A stretch of 64,000 nt of DNA from Octopus vulgaris (GCA_951406725.2 OX597817.1:16740001-16804000), one strand, 5' to 3'. Positions 13,307 through 27,265 are shown, numbered from the stretch's first letter. Notes: generated from the letters alone by a model not told the origin. Numbers and translations are program-made.

Positions 13307-13740
13307 TATTATTATTCAGTTTTATTTCAAGATTTCTTGCCAATAGAGAAAGAACCGGTTTCTAACATAGATCCAAGGCTCCTTCATTGGAATTTTAACA
13401 TCAACAACAGGGTATTTTTGTATGCATGTATGTATGCATGTATGTATGCATGTATGTATGCAGATTTATATGTTTGGTTTTATGTTTGTCTTCTCATGCA
13501 TATAGTTGCATGTCTAGACACGCTTATATATACTTAACTGATAAACTTCTGGAAAGTTTTACAGATTTTTACAGTTCCAGCGATGACTTGGATTTGTAGT
13601 CTTCGAATCAGCTTTCTCCTTTCTGATTTAGAGAAGCCTAATTTCTCGGGATTGGTATTTAGACAGTGAGTGTGTTACACATTGCAGTTCCACAATAATT
13701 ACAGGTATAAACCTGAACTTGTAATCTGGATAGAGTTAAC
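13307..13740 (-). mobile_element. 3' fragment of REL-endonuclease-type LINE with (AAT)n tail
   Basis: Minus strand LYPDYKFRFIPVII...EKLGFSKSEKEKLIRRLQIQVIAGTVKICKTFQKFIS*, then 3' UTR ending aataaaactgaataataat, as in the element at 34959. Confidence 0.65.
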
Positions 13741-14254
13741 TATGTGTGTGTGTGAGTGTGTATGTATGTGTGTGTATTTGTGTAAGTATTAAATCTAATA
13801 CTTCCAAAAAGTTCCTACCTTTAATACATAAGCGTTTCCCAGTCAACTCCTTCTACAGAAAACTATTTAATGGAAATAGTTTTAAACTATTACAAATATA
13901 CTCCTAACAATATAAGTCATATATGTAAACCAACTAAACTAACTGGGATCAACGGCACAAATGCATAACCCCTACTTCGATTGGACTTATTTTCTTTATG
14001 TATACGGGAAAGAAGAATATAGTAAAATTGCTTAATTACATCTGGAATTTGAAAGAACATAGTTTCTAAATAGCAAATACAAAGTCTTTGAAATCATATT
14101 AAAAATTGTTGATTGTGTAAAGCTGAGAAGTGCAAATTATCCATCTACAAGACTTTACGAAACGCTGCAACTTTGAAAGTACCCCATAAATATAAAACTT
14201 CTCAAGCATATTTTGAACATCAAATGTGATGAATATGTTATAAACAACGAAATA

Positions 14255-14792
14255 CCATAAATCCTCGAGTATAGTCCGCCTTTGAGTATAATACGCAGGG
14301 GCTTTTTAGGGGGCTATACCTCTGAAAAATTTAAACCTTTTGTATAATACGCATCCCTTCTCTAACTTGAGACAAGGAGGTCTATATAACATCCTTGGTT
14401 TGTAAAAATGTTTACGGTAACGTCCTTTATTATTATTGTATATACAGCATAATGCAAACGTGTAGCTTTTTTGTGCATTTTGTTTGCAGAAAATAAAGAA
14501 ATTACAGTAATAACGTTTAATCAATGTTACTTACTGCAAGTTATGGATGATTCTTTTATGACTTCATTGCTTTCAGGCTTAGCTTTTGGTATTTTCGCGC
14601 CCGACATCACAAAATGCGTTTGAATAAACATTGCCGGAGAGCAAATAGAGACTCGGACATTGCTTAGAAAATATTTTTCATTTTTAACCTCGTATATAGT
14701 ACGCACTAGGGATTTTGACCTTTAAATTTTGGGAAAAAATGCGGATACTCGAGGATTTACGGAAAGAAATGCGAATACTCGAGGATTTACGG
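14255..14792. mobile_element. Tc1/mariner-superfamily (Tc2/pogo-like) MITE
   Basis: TIR cc(a/g)taaatcctcgagtat, TA on both sides, right TIR locally duplicated; second copy inverted at 59901-60419. Confidence 0.88.
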
Positions 14793-15277
14793 TATTCATA
14801 TGGACAAAAAGTTTTTGTTCTTGCTAGTATTCCATGAGCATCTGCGTCAGCATTGAAAGACATCATTCCAATGGATGGGAGACTTCGGTCATTCTTTTAA
14901 GACATGCCATTGTTCAACATCTTACTTGACAACTAGAAAGATGTTGCGGAAGACAGTAAGAAGCAGTGGTGAGCATGCAGAGAAGAAACTTGTTCGATGT
15001 CAGGAAGCCGAAGAAAAAAGATAAAATCAAAACAAATAAACAGCCAGTTTATAGGAAAAAGGTTGGCAACGACATCTTGAAAAAATATAAAAAAAGAAAA
15101 GGAAAGAAAAACTGCCCCTGCGGTTTCAGTGTAGGGTCTGCAAACAGAAGTTCATGTCAAGCTTTGGAAGAGAGAGAGAGAGCTATTAAAAATATTTGCC
15201 TCACCCACATTGAGGAATGAGGAGAGAGAGGAAAAACCTTGAAAATATTCTCGATTTTGAGACAACACCAAATAAGA

Positions 15278-15560
15278 TATGTATGTATGTTTGTATGTGT
15301 GTATGTATGTATGTATGTATGTATGTATGTATGTATGTATGTATGTATGTATGTATGTATGTATGTATGTATGTATGCATGCATGCATGCATGTATGTAT
15401 GTATGCATGCATGCATGTATGTATGTATGTATGTATGTATGTATACATGCATGTATGTATGTAAGTATGTATGTATGTATGCATGTATGCATGTATGTAT
15501 GTATGCATGTAGGTATGTATGTATGTATGTATGTGTACTTATGTATGTATGTGTACTTAT
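15278..15560. repeat. (ATGT)n/(ATGC)n microsatellite
   Basis: Directly visible. Confidence 0.95.
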
Positions 15561-16209
15561 GTATATATGTAAACATATATATGTGTGAATGTGTGAGTAT
15601 ATATGCATATTATATATGTGTGTGTGAGTATATATGCATATTACATACCAATGTACATATCAATGTACATATCAACGTGTGTTATGCATGTGTATCACAG
15701 CTTTCATATCAAGGCTTAATGTTTATTAAACATATTGTATACGCTTTTCATATACGTTTTAAACCAAGCTGTATTGGTACACTAGCGTGTGTGTATGTGT
15801 GTGTGTGTATTACACAAGCTTGCACACAAACGTACATAACATTTGTTGTCTAATTCTACTGGAGCGTGACAACCTTCTGCTACTTTGAAACTGGTCTGCC
15901 ATTGTATAAATGAATAAAATATAAACATTTTATGTAGATCGTATTTCACTCTCTCCATCCCTTACCCGGCACACTTCAGTGTACGACTTCATCCTTTCAT
16001 AGTAATCCCTTTAACTGTTGCTCTCGCCTATTTATTCGCTGAATGATATGTCATGAGCTACGTTTTTTCACCCCCCGCTGTTTTCGAGATCCGTCATGCT
16101 CTCGCCTCATTTCATTCGCTGTGTTCCTTTATCTGTTCATTTGAAGCCATGTTGTGTACATATGTAGGAGGCATTTTCACGTGTTTGTACTCTTGTATCC
16201 GTTTATTCT

Positions 16210-17905
16210 CTTACTTGTTTCAGTCATTGGACAGCGACCACGCTGGAGCACCGCCTTGTAAAATTTAGTCAAATTAATCGACCCTAGTGCAAATATTTTT
16301 TTACGTCTTTCATTTTGAAAGCCAGATTTTTCAGATTTTTCTAGTTAACTAAATAATTTGAAACTTCGTATACTGGTAGAATGTGTCAAAAGAAAACAAT
16401 AATTTCAACTAGTTTTGGATCTTTTCTATTTTGAGGCCAGTTTTTTCAAATTTTTCCTACTGAACCAAACAATTTGAAACTTCGTATACTGGTAGAATGT
16501 GTCAAAAGTAAACTTAATTGTAAACCAGAATGAAAACGGAATTGTAACTTCTAAGTTTAACGTTGTTTAATAATTAGAATTTTAACCAATGATATTCCGT
16601 CATTCAGCTTTATTTTATTTACTCCGTCTCGACCACCAATTTCGTGACGTATTTAACATCTTAAATGTAAACAAGTCAGCCACCTTCTAATAACAATATT
16701 TAAAACTAGTTAATAAGCCACATGTATTAAATTGAAAATGTTTCCATTCTGTATGTCTGCATGTATGTGTGTGTGTATGTATGTGTAAGTATGTGTGTGT
16801 GTGTATGTATGTATAGCCGATTCATCGTAATCGTAATTACGATGAATTGGCCATACATACATAGATACATACACACACACACATGCAGACATACATATAC
16901 ACATACACCGAGTAAAAATTTCAGTTATCTCTCTCTTTCACACATTACTCTCTCTGTCTCTTCACACACACTAACAGAAGCACTTCACTTACACAACATA
17001 CTGTCTCCCACACCCCATCAAACACACACACACACACACATGTACATCAATGCTTCCCCCTAGACGGTAACTTCAAAGACAAACTTCCCTCGTCATAAAA
17101 TCGCTTCCTCTTAGTCTCTTTCGCTCTCATTACTTATGTAAAAAAATAAAAGTTTTTTACGGAAATCGACGGAAAACTTGTGCTACGACAAGCGAAACTT
17201 CGCCGAAATTTAATATTAAAAAAGCAAAGAGCTGGCAGAAACGTTAGCACGCCGGGCGAAATGCGTAGCCGTATTTCGTCTGCCGTGTTTGTTTACAGTT
17301 TTCCGAACGTTAGTACGTCACAAAAGCGCTTTCTACGTCACACTAATAGAATGCAGTCAAGTTTTACACATGAAAACAAACAATCTGATTGGTTAAAATT
17401 CGCAGTTTTAATCTACGATTAAAGTCATAAAATAGATTTTTCTCAAATAAACTAGTTCCAACCTGTGTCTTGTTTTGCTAGACTCTATCAGCATACGAAG
17501 TTTCAGATTATTTAGTTAAGTAGAAAGATCTGTGGTCCTGGCTTCAGAATAGAAAAGATCCCTAGTTTTTTTGACAAAAATGTATTTTATAAGTTTAAAC
17601 GTATTCCATCTATAACTTTTGCCGAACTGCTAAGTCAGAAAGACGCAAACAAACCAATACCATTTGTCAAGCTGTGGCGTACAAACACGAACACACATAC
17701 AAACACACACATATACATATACACACGCACTCTTAGATTTATATACACATATATACATGACAGGCTTCCACGCTGTTTCCGTCTACCAAATTCACTCACA
17801 AGGCATTGTTTAGCTCAGGATTATAGTAGAAGATACTTGTCTAAGGAGCCGCGCAGTGGAACTGAACTGTAACCATAAGGTTGCGAAGCGAACTTTTTAA
17901 CCACT
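16210..17905 (-). mobile_element. Old SINE family A copy split by nested TIR elements
   Basis: Tail at 16210-16300; body and head resume at about 17605-17905. Confidence 0.7.
16417..17561. mobile_element. Non-autonomous TIR transposon with 8-bp TSD (Merlin-like)
   Basis: Termini ggatcttttctatt...aatagaaaagatcc; TSD ctagtttt at 16409-16416 and 17562-17569; same family as 53642-54062. Confidence 0.8.
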
Positions 17906-17906
17906 C

Positions 17907-18078
17907 TTTACTCTTTTACTCTTCTACTTGTTTCAGTCATTTGACTGCGGCCATGCTGGAGCACCGCCTTTAATCGAGCAAATCGACCCCGGGACTTATT
18001 CTTTTGTAAGCCCAGTACATATTCTATCGGTCTCTTTTGCCGAACCGCTAAGTAACGGGGACATAAACACACCAGCAA
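17907..18078 (-). mobile_element. SINE family A 3' fragment
   Basis: Family tail; breaks off at acaccagca into a 2x35-bp tandem duplication. Confidence 0.85.
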
Positions 18079-18343
18079 CTCCGGTAACTGGGATAACTCC
18101 GACACACCAGCAACTCCGGTAACTGGGATAACTCCGACATAAAACCTGCGGCTCAGTGGTTACCGATGATGTTGACTTGTTCTTCTTTTCGGATTATGGC
18201 TGCTGTTGCTTAGTGAGTGGGATTGACTCAGTGCACAGCCTTTCCTCACTTAAAAAAATATCTTCTTGCACAGGCATTGCACGATAACAACATTGATTAA
18301 GCTTCGTGCAATGGCCATACTCGATAACGAGGGTGCAGCCACC

Positions 18344-19650
18344 ATGTATGTATGTATGTATGTATGTATGTATGTATGTATGTATGTATGTATGTATGTA
18401 TGTATGTATGTATGTATGTATGTATGCATGTATGTATGTATGTATGCATGTATGTATGTATGTATGTATGTATGTATGTATGTATGTATGTATGTATGTA
18501 TGTATGTATGTATGTATGTATGTATGTATGCATGTATGTATGTATGCATGTATGTATGCATGTATGTATGTATGTATGTATGTATGTATGTATGTATGTA
18601 TGTATGTGTGTGTATGTATGTATGTATGTATGTATGTATGTATGTATGTATGTATGTATGTATGTATGTATGTATGCATGCATGCATGTATGTATGTATG
18701 TATGTATGTATGTATGTATGTATGTATGTATGTATGCATGCATGCATGTATGTATGTATGTATGTATGTATGTATGTATGTATGTATGTATGTATGTATG
18801 TATGTATGTATGTATGTATGTATGTATGCATGCATGTATGTATGTATGTATGTATGTATGTATGTATGTATGTATGTATGTATGTATGTATGTATGTATG
18901 TATGTATGCATGCATGCATGCTTGCATGTATGTATGTATGTATGTATGTATGTATGTATGTATGTATGTATGTATGTATGTATGTATGTATGTATGTATG
19001 TATGTATGTATGTATGTATGTATGTATGTATGTATGTATGTATGTATGTATGTATGTATGTATGTATGTATGTATGTATGTGTGTATGTATGTGTATGTA
19101 TGTATGTATGTATGTATGTATGTATGTATGTATGTATGTATGTATGTATGTATGTATGTATGTATGTATGTATGTATGTATGTATGTATGTATGTATGTA
19201 TGTATGTATGTATGTATGTATGTATGTATGTATGTATGTATGTATGTATGTATGTATGTATGTGTGTATGTATGTGTGTATGTATGTATGTATGTATGTA
19301 TGTATGTATGTATGTATGTATGTATGTATGTATGTATGCATGTATGTATGTATGTATGTATGCATGCATGTATGTATGTATGTATGTATGTATGTATGTG
19401 TGTATGTATGTATGTATGTATGTATGTATGTATGTATGTATGTATGTATGTATGTATGTATGTATGTATGTATGTATGTATGTATGTATGTATGTATGTA
19501 TGTATGTATGTATGTATGTATGTATGTATGTATGTATGTATGTATGTATGTATGTATGTATGTATGTATGTATGTATGTATGCATGTATGTATGTATGTA
19601 TGTATGCATGTATGTATGTATGTATGTATGTATGTATGTATGTATGTATG
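18344..19650. repeat. ~1.3 kb (ATGT)n microsatellite with ATGC/GTGT variants
   Basis: Directly visible; source of the 450-507 aa spurious ORFs. Confidence 0.99.
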
Positions 19651-20046
19651 ATGAATGAACAAAACCAAAGAAAATTACAAGAGGGACAAGTTTTTGCAAA
19701 AGTATTATTAGTTTCACACTAGAAAAGAAAAAGGAGAAAGGGTCTTTGATGTTTCGGACATAGAGTCCTTAGTTAGAAAAAGCAAAAGCGAAAAAAGCGA
19801 AGGGTGGTTGAAAGGAAGGAAGGGTGAGAAAAATGTTATGGGCCGGGTGTGAATGCGATTTTATGGGGTGGAGTTAAGAAGATAGGAAGAAGCGGAAATT
19901 CTATACATATGAAGGAGAGTATCTGTGTAAAGAGATGGGCATAAAGGGAGTGAACGGTGTGGGGTGCAGGTAGCTAGGTGGGGTGAGTGGAGTTAAACTG
20001 TGAAGAACACGGTGTAGTGAGACAAAAATTAAAGCAAGTAAAAGAT

Positions 20047-20413
20047 CGCTGTGGTGATCTCATTCTCGCCCATAACATCATAAGCGGAAAGTGTAACCTC
20101 TCGAAAGAGCTGTTCTTCACTCCTGCTCCAGAGCGTCGGCTGCGGGGTCATTCCGAAAAGCTCTACCTGCGACGATTTCATCTCAATCGAAGGAGAAGGG
20201 CTTTCTCCGTCCGGGTTGCGGATCCGTGGAACAAGCTGCCAGACGAGATGGTGAAGATGCCGACGACCGCTTTGTTCAAAGCCTCCCTTGACCTCAAGTG
20301 GCTTGAACTCTTTACATGAACACCACCCTGTACATAACTCCATGTCCCCCTACATGGCCTTGCTATTTGCTTTTGAGCCAAATTAACTAACTAACTAACT
20401 AACTAACTAACTA
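20047..20413 (+). mobile_element. CR1-clade LINE 3' end
   Basis: GDLILAHNII...LRGHSEKL...FSVRVADPWNKLPDEMV...FKASLD is the typical CR1 ORF2 C-terminus; short 3' UTR and (CTAA)n tail at about 20385-20413. Confidence 0.88.
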
Positions 20414-20726
20414 GAGGAAAGGATACAAAGTAGTTAAAGGTGGAGAATAACAAGTACAAAAAATATACTGCATGTGTGAAAGGGTACGTAGTAACGCTGA
20501 GTGGAAGAGAATATAATGGCTTAAGAAATATATATATATAAAGCACGTGATTATTGAAAAAGGGAGAGCGGCAAGAGAGGGTGAGGAGAATGATTACGAA
20601 AGGGATGTAAAAAAACAGGAATGTAAAGAAAAAGTTTGAAATTGGGCCTCTAAGCATATACAAAGCTATAATTAATAGCATGTACTATTGGGGTGAAAAA
20701 CCTCTCTTGGATAGAAAGCCTTCGTC

Positions 20727-20763
<37 letters not shown>

Positions 20764-21131
20764 CAAAGAAACAATTTCTTATCAGACACTCTATACACGA
20801 ATAACGAACAATTATAACATTCAAAGTAGCTGCAAACGCCATGCCTCCTAATCTCCGATAATATCTTATGATGACTTCACTTATAAACCGTTGCTGGCTT
20901 AATTCTTGCATAGTCAGGAAACACTTTATCCTTAATCAGATGCTGACTTCCACTCCCAACAAATATCAACTTATACCACACTGGGGTGCTACTGATATTT
21001 ACACAAAATTCCTCTCATATTGATGGCAGTGTTAATAGCAAAATACAGTTCTGGTAGGAGGGAAAAATTAATTGCTAGCAACAACTGGATAGATATAAGG
21101 AGATAAACTTAATTTTTCTCTCTCTCTCTCC

Positions 21132-21493
21132 ATGTATGTATGTATGTATGTATGTATGTATGTATGTATGTATGTATGTATGTATGTATGTATGTATGTA
21201 TGTATGTATGCATGTATGTATGCATGTATGTATGCATGCGTGTATGCATGCATGTATGTATGCATGTATGTATGTATGTTTGTATGTATGTATGTATGTA
21301 TGTATGTACGTATGTATGTATGTATTTATGTATGTATGTATGTATGTATGTATGTACGTACGTACGTACGTATGTATGTATGTATGTATATGTGCATGCA
21401 TATATGCATGTATGTATATATGTATACACACACGCACACACACACACACACACACACACCCCCACCCACACCCACACACACACACACACACAC
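21132..21493. repeat. (ATGT)n then (AC)n microsatellite
   Basis: Directly visible. Confidence 0.95.
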
Positions 21494-21604
21494 CATTTTC
21501 AAAAATGTCTCTCCGCAGCAAGTATTTTATTGCAAAATAAATATTTATAAGATGGTATAAGACTACAAAAGAATATATTAGACTCTACAAGACTTTCAAA
21601 ATCT

Positions 21605-22769
21605 TCATATGAGCTGTTGAAAGTGTCGTCCTTCATTTTCAATACATGAGTTGACTCTTCTACGCATGTTTTGAAATACATCTTGGAGAGTCTGACGCGG
21701 TATGGACCATGTGAAGGTTATGATTGCGTCTTTTGGCTCATTAATGGTTTTCAGGCGATTCTTGTACACTGATCTTTTACTTGCTCCCCAGAAAAAAAAA
21801 GTCTGACGGTGTTAAATCAGGTGATCTTGGTGGCCAATTTCCCTTCGAAATAATACGTTCACAGAAAAACCCTTGAAGTAGAGCCATCGTGATGCGCGAA
21901 GTATGTGCGCCACTTTGCTGAAAGTATGCATTATTACTTTCACTTTCAGAGAGTTGGCCCACAAATGGATAGACAATATTTGAGCAATATCTCCCAGTGT
22001 TGATGGTGTCTTTAAAATATATCGGTCCCACAATACGCTTTCCCGAAATTGCTATCCACACCCCAACTTTTTCGGAATGCAGTGATTGCTCATGCGTCGC
22101 GTGTGGATTCTCAGTGCTCCATAACCACGTGTTTTGCGAATTTATATGTCCCGACAGATGAAACCAAGCCTCATCGGTGTAAAAGCACCCATCCAGTACT
22201 TCTATGTCTTTTTTCGGCAACAAAGTTTTGGAACCAATGACAATAATGAAGCCTTTTAGCATGATCCGTAGTCTTCAATTCTTGTATGGAAATAAATTTA
22301 ATTACTTTTTTACTGCCATGTGAGCACTTTCTAGGCTGATTTCCGTTTCTTGTGACAATTTGCGTAAGGACTTTGACGGGCTTGCCAACAGTTTATCAGA
22401 AACATTGGAGAGTGTTTCGTCTGAAAGAACAGTACGCCTACCGCTTCTTGCTGCGTCTTCCACTGAGCCTGTGTTTCTAAATTTTCTTATCAAATCCCTG
22501 CACAGTGTCACGATGTGGAACAACAGTATTTGGAAAAGTTTCACAGAACTTCTGTTTCGCAGTATCTGTGTATTTGCTTCCAACTCGAAACACCCATTCA
22601 ACTAAAAACGTACGCTCTTCAATGGTTAGCATGTTGACACGCTGAAGGGTACACAATGACTGAGGGACAATGGCTGACACCCGACCGTCCACGCAGTGAT
22701 AGCCAAGTTGCGCATGTGCAAGATGAAAAACTTCACAATTCACTGCGGAGGGACTTTTTGAACACCCTG
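21605..22769 (-). mobile_element. Tc1/mariner DNA transposon with frameshifted transposase pseudogene
   Basis: 5' TIR TA|cagggtgttcaaaaagtcc at 22769; ATG 22632 MLTIEERTFLVE...KFRNTGSVEDAARSGR...TDEAWFHLSGHINSQN...WPPRSPDLTPSDFF...HFQQLI* across several frames; 3' TIR not seen. Confidence 0.9.
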
Positions 22770-22796
22770 TATATAGAGTATATGTATATGTGTGTG

Positions 22797-22865
<69 letters not shown>

Positions 22866-22878
22866 GTATATATACATG

Positions 22879-22956
<78 letters not shown>

Positions 22957-23187
22957 CTCAAGATATATAGTACAACGCTTGGGATCGAACTCGGAATCAG
23001 GGTGAAGTGATGTTTTTGACTACATCGTCATGTTAGTAAGTTGAAATCCCTCCTGCTGTCTTTCCCTCTTCCCCCTCTCTCTCTGTAACTCATTCCTTTT
23101 CTCCTACTTAGTCTTCGTCTTTTACATGTACACTCAATTTTTCTTAATCTCTCTCTCTCTGTCTCTTTCTGTCTGTCTGTCTCTCTG

Positions 23188-23231
<44 letters not shown>

Positions 23232-23534
23232 GCTGTTCTATCCACTTTCACTAACTACATGTTAGGCCAGTGCATCTCAGTAATTGAAATAACAGGGTAA
23301 CGAACAGTTAGTGTAGTAAGAACTCGATACTTATACTGTAAATTATTAATTTCACCGTCTAAAAGTATTTGTTTTAGTACAATGTTATGTAAGTGTATGC
23401 CTATATATATGCATTTATGTAACTACCTTTGCGCATGTAAATACATATGTATGTGTATGTATGTATGCATGTAAGGATATGTTAAGTACGCATGAAAGTA
23501 TAATCGTTCAACTATTTGTCTTTTTATATTCTTA

Positions 23535-23730
23535 TTGGTTTCAAATTTTGGCACAAGGCCAGTAAGTTCGGGAGGACGTGGTAAATCGATTGCATCAGCT
23601 TCAGTACTCAACTAGTACTTAATTTATCGACCCCGAAAGGGATGAAAGGCAAAGTCAAATTCAACTCAGAATGTAAGGACACACGAAATGCCTATTTCTT
23701 TACTACCCACAAAGGGCTAAACACAGATGA
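23535..23730 (-). mobile_element. SINE family B fragment
   Basis: Reverse-complement core and tail junction. Confidence 0.75.
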
Positions 23731-24573
23731 GATCCAGAGATGCTCAATATAGAAAATACTTAGTAACGCTCAAATAATTTGAACTTACACTCCTAAATCT
23801 TTACCGAGAACTAAGTCCGTTGGGGTAAAGATTGGCTATAAGAGGAATCAGAGTGAGCAGATATAGAGACAATGATGCAAATAAATAAATGAAACCGGTT
23901 TGGCTGGATATACAAAATATAGATACAGATATACATGAGAAAACAAACACTAAAAATATCAAGACTTTTAACAAAACGTCTTCCTAGTTTGACACTTGAA
24001 AAGAAAAGGAAATGGGGTTGGACGTTTCAGACGCTACGCCTTCCTTGGAAATATCAGAAGAAAGAAAAGGAGGGAAAGCGGTGGAAAAAGGAAAAAAAAA
24101 AAATTAGGGGCCAGGTAGGAAAACGCTTATATAAATATGTATCGATTGCTTATACTCATTTAAAGCTAATGTTGCCCTCTATCTCGATGGAAACAAATTG
24201 AAATGAGCCAATGATGTGAGCTAAGAGATTTATGTACTGTCTGGTGTACGCGAAAATTTTTTAAATATTTCTTCGCTTGCAATCTTGTAGTTTCGAGTTC
24301 AGTCCCGCTGCGCAGTAACTTGGGCAAGTGTCTTCTACTATAACCTTGGGCCGACCAGTGCCATGTGAGTGAATTTGGTAGACGGAACCTATATGGGAGC
24401 TCGTCTTGTATACATACATGCATGCATACATACATACATACATACATACATACATACATACATACATACATACACTCACCTGTGTGTGTGTGTGTGTTTG
24501 TGTCAACAAACAACAACAACAACAACATTGAAAAATACCTTAGGAATGAGAACCTAGGTTCGAAATTTCCCCA

Positions 24574-24620
24574 AGACACCTGATGAAGGCTGGAGGGTAT
24601 ATCAGCCGAAACGTTGTGTT
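24574..24620 (+). ncRNA. Minimal type I hammerhead ribozyme motif
   Basis: gacac CTGATGA a ggctgg agggtata tcagcc GAAA c GTT gtgtt: stem I gacac/gtgtt, 6-bp stem II, palindromic AACGTT in place of stem III. Confidence 0.7.
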
Positions 24621-24894
24621 AACAACAAACATGATGAGGACATATATCCGTCAAATGTAAATAATGTAAATTATGTTGACCATGAGTTGTAAAGATTGGT
24701 GAAATAAAATTTGAATTACATGGTTAGTATATAATGTATGATAATGTATGATAATGTATGATAATCAGGGAGAGACTGAACGGAAGAAAGTGAATGGCCG
24801 AGAAAGAAAAAGCACGAAGAACAAATAGACATTCTACGTGTGAGTGAGGGAATGGGTGAGTCAGAGACTAAATATGTTTTTCGACAGTAGGTAG

Positions 24895-25305
24895 ACTCTT
24901 TTACTCTTTTACTCTTTTACTCTTTTACTTGTTTCAGTCATTTGACTGTGGCCATGCTGGAGCACCGCCTTTAGTCGAGAAAATCGACCCGGGACTTATT
25001 CTTTGTAAGCCCAGCACTTATTCTATCGGTCTCTTTTGCCAAACCGCTAAGTTACGGGGACGTAAACACACCAGCATCGGTTGTCAAGCAATGCTAGGGG
25101 AACAAACACAGACACACAAACACACACACATACATATATATATATACATATATACGACAGGCTTCTTTCAGTTTCCGTCTACCAAATCCACTCACAAGGC
25201 ATTGGTCGGCCCGAGGCTATAGTAGAAGACACTTTCCCAAGATGCCACGCAGTGGAAGTGAACCCGGAACCATGTGGTTGGTGTTAGCAAGCTACTTACC
25301 ACACA
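24895..25305 (-). mobile_element. SINE family A
   Basis: Reverse complement of 11508-11910; (cttttact)n tail. Confidence 0.92.
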
Positions 25306-25563
25306 AAGTAAATTATAAAATAATAGTAACCTGGCGTATTAGACGCATGAATGCCAGGCAAGAATGTTTGACAAGTCGTGTATTGTTTGGCGATATTTAG
25401 TCATCTCGAGTTGATCAGCTCTAATAACCAATCAGATCACTACGACTGTTTTTCTTTTGACAACACCCACAGGGAACTGAATTAGCATTCTCACTTAATG
25501 AAACACTCCTCAATTTTACAATGATCCCTTCCTCTCGACAGGTTTAGTCCTCATCGAATAGAT

Positions 25564-25713
25564 CAGTCATGGGCATACTGCGGCCCGTGGACTTTCTGAA
25601 TGGCACACCAACACGAAAAACTACTTCGAATGCTTTTTTTTAGTGGTGCGGCTCGACTGATGATGAGCCATGTCTCAAGCGGCCCCCTTTGCGAAAAAGG
25701 TTACCTATGCGTA
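25564..25713. mobile_element. Degenerate hAT-like MITE
   Basis: Imperfect TIRs cagtcatgggca / ttacctatgcgt and gcggccc subterminal motifs. Confidence 0.45.
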
Positions 25714-26771
25714 GAATGGACTTATGATCAAAAGCAAATCAGCCGTGACCATTTCACCTTTTTTTTTCAGTTAGAATGTTGAGTGTTTAATAAAAGAAAT
25801 AATAATACTGACCTCATTGCAACGGTGCTCGTTTGCAACTAGAACTCGTCTGAAAGGGTAAAAGAGGAAACATAAGTCAATTACAGAAAAAAAAAAGCAA
25901 TGATAGTCAAAAGGGCATATCTGCAATTACGTTATCTAATGTGTCTAATTCCGCTGGGGTCGATTCTGCCTTTCATTGTTTCGGGGTCGATAAAATAAGT
26001 ACCAGCTGAACACTGACGTCGATGTAGACGACTCACCCCACACCCTTAAAATTGCTGGCCTTGTGTCAGAATTTGAAACCATTATCTAATGTACCCTCCC
26101 CAGCAGTGGCGTAACATGAGTGTGTGCCGCCAAGAGTAGCGCTCGACTTAGCCGCCCTCTACTGGTATGTACTGGCCCCGCAGCCTATAAAGGCTTATAC
26201 AGAAAACTCAAAATTACTGCCCGAATAAAAGCATAGCCCTATTCGGGGACCGCCGCCTAGCTTCGCTATTTCTTCCATTCTTTTTTAACACTGAGGGAGG
26301 ATTTGATTGCGATTTCTAGAAAGTTGTGCAATGACGTGGGGGGCTTCCTTGTTGCTCACTAATGGCCTTTTGTAGGGGGCGGATGCTGCGTAGGATGTTT
26401 AATGTGTAGCATCAACGCCGATTATGATTTATCAGTGGTTCTTTGATGAGGGTTGCGCTTGTACTTTGTAGAATGTCATCAAGAGGCCGGGAGTTGAATA
26501 TTTTAAGGTCTTGTTGGAATTAACCTTTGAATTAAAGGAAACAAATATAAAAGAGATATTCTGCGCCATTTTATTTGTTACTTATTTGTTTTTGTTGTTG
26601 TTGTTGTTGTTGTTACGGTTTAGCTGTACCACTTGGTTGCTTTGATTAAATGATGCGTTTTGTTTTTTTATATTTTGATTTTTTGATTTTTCCAGTTTCA
26701 GCTAATGAGCTGTGGCCATGCTGGGGCAAGGGACTTTTTAAATATATTTGATAGGGAATACGCGCGTGCGC

Positions 26772-26817
<46 letters not shown>

Positions 26818-26964
26818 TTGTGGATGTGTGAGCGCGTGTGTGTATAAATGTATGCATGCACACAAACATACGCATCCATACACTCAAATATATACACATG
26901 AGTGTGCGTTATGTATATACTTATACACAAACAGGAACACACACAAACCACACACACACATGTA

Positions 26965-26999
26965 TAATATATATACATATATATGTATATATATATATG

Positions 27000-27033
<34 letters not shown>

Positions 27034-27146
27034 TGTATATATATAAATATTTGTATGTATATATGTATATATATATATGTGTATATATATATATATATAT
27101 ATGTACATATGTATATGTATATATATATATTTATGTATATATATAT

Positions 27147-27181
<35 letters not shown>

Positions 27182-27186
27182 GTATA

Positions 27187-27262
<76 letters not shown>
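26965..27262. repeat. (AT)n-rich microsatellite hosting the hammerhead element
   Basis: Directly visible; (AT)n resumes at about 28700. Confidence 0.95.

Positions 27263-27265
<3 letters not shown>

Noticed and set aside
18194-19722. ORFs of 450-507 aa on both strands
   Set aside because: Translations of stop-free (ATGT)n (MYVC/HTYI repeats); the same applies to other YI, CV, ER and SIYL ORFs.
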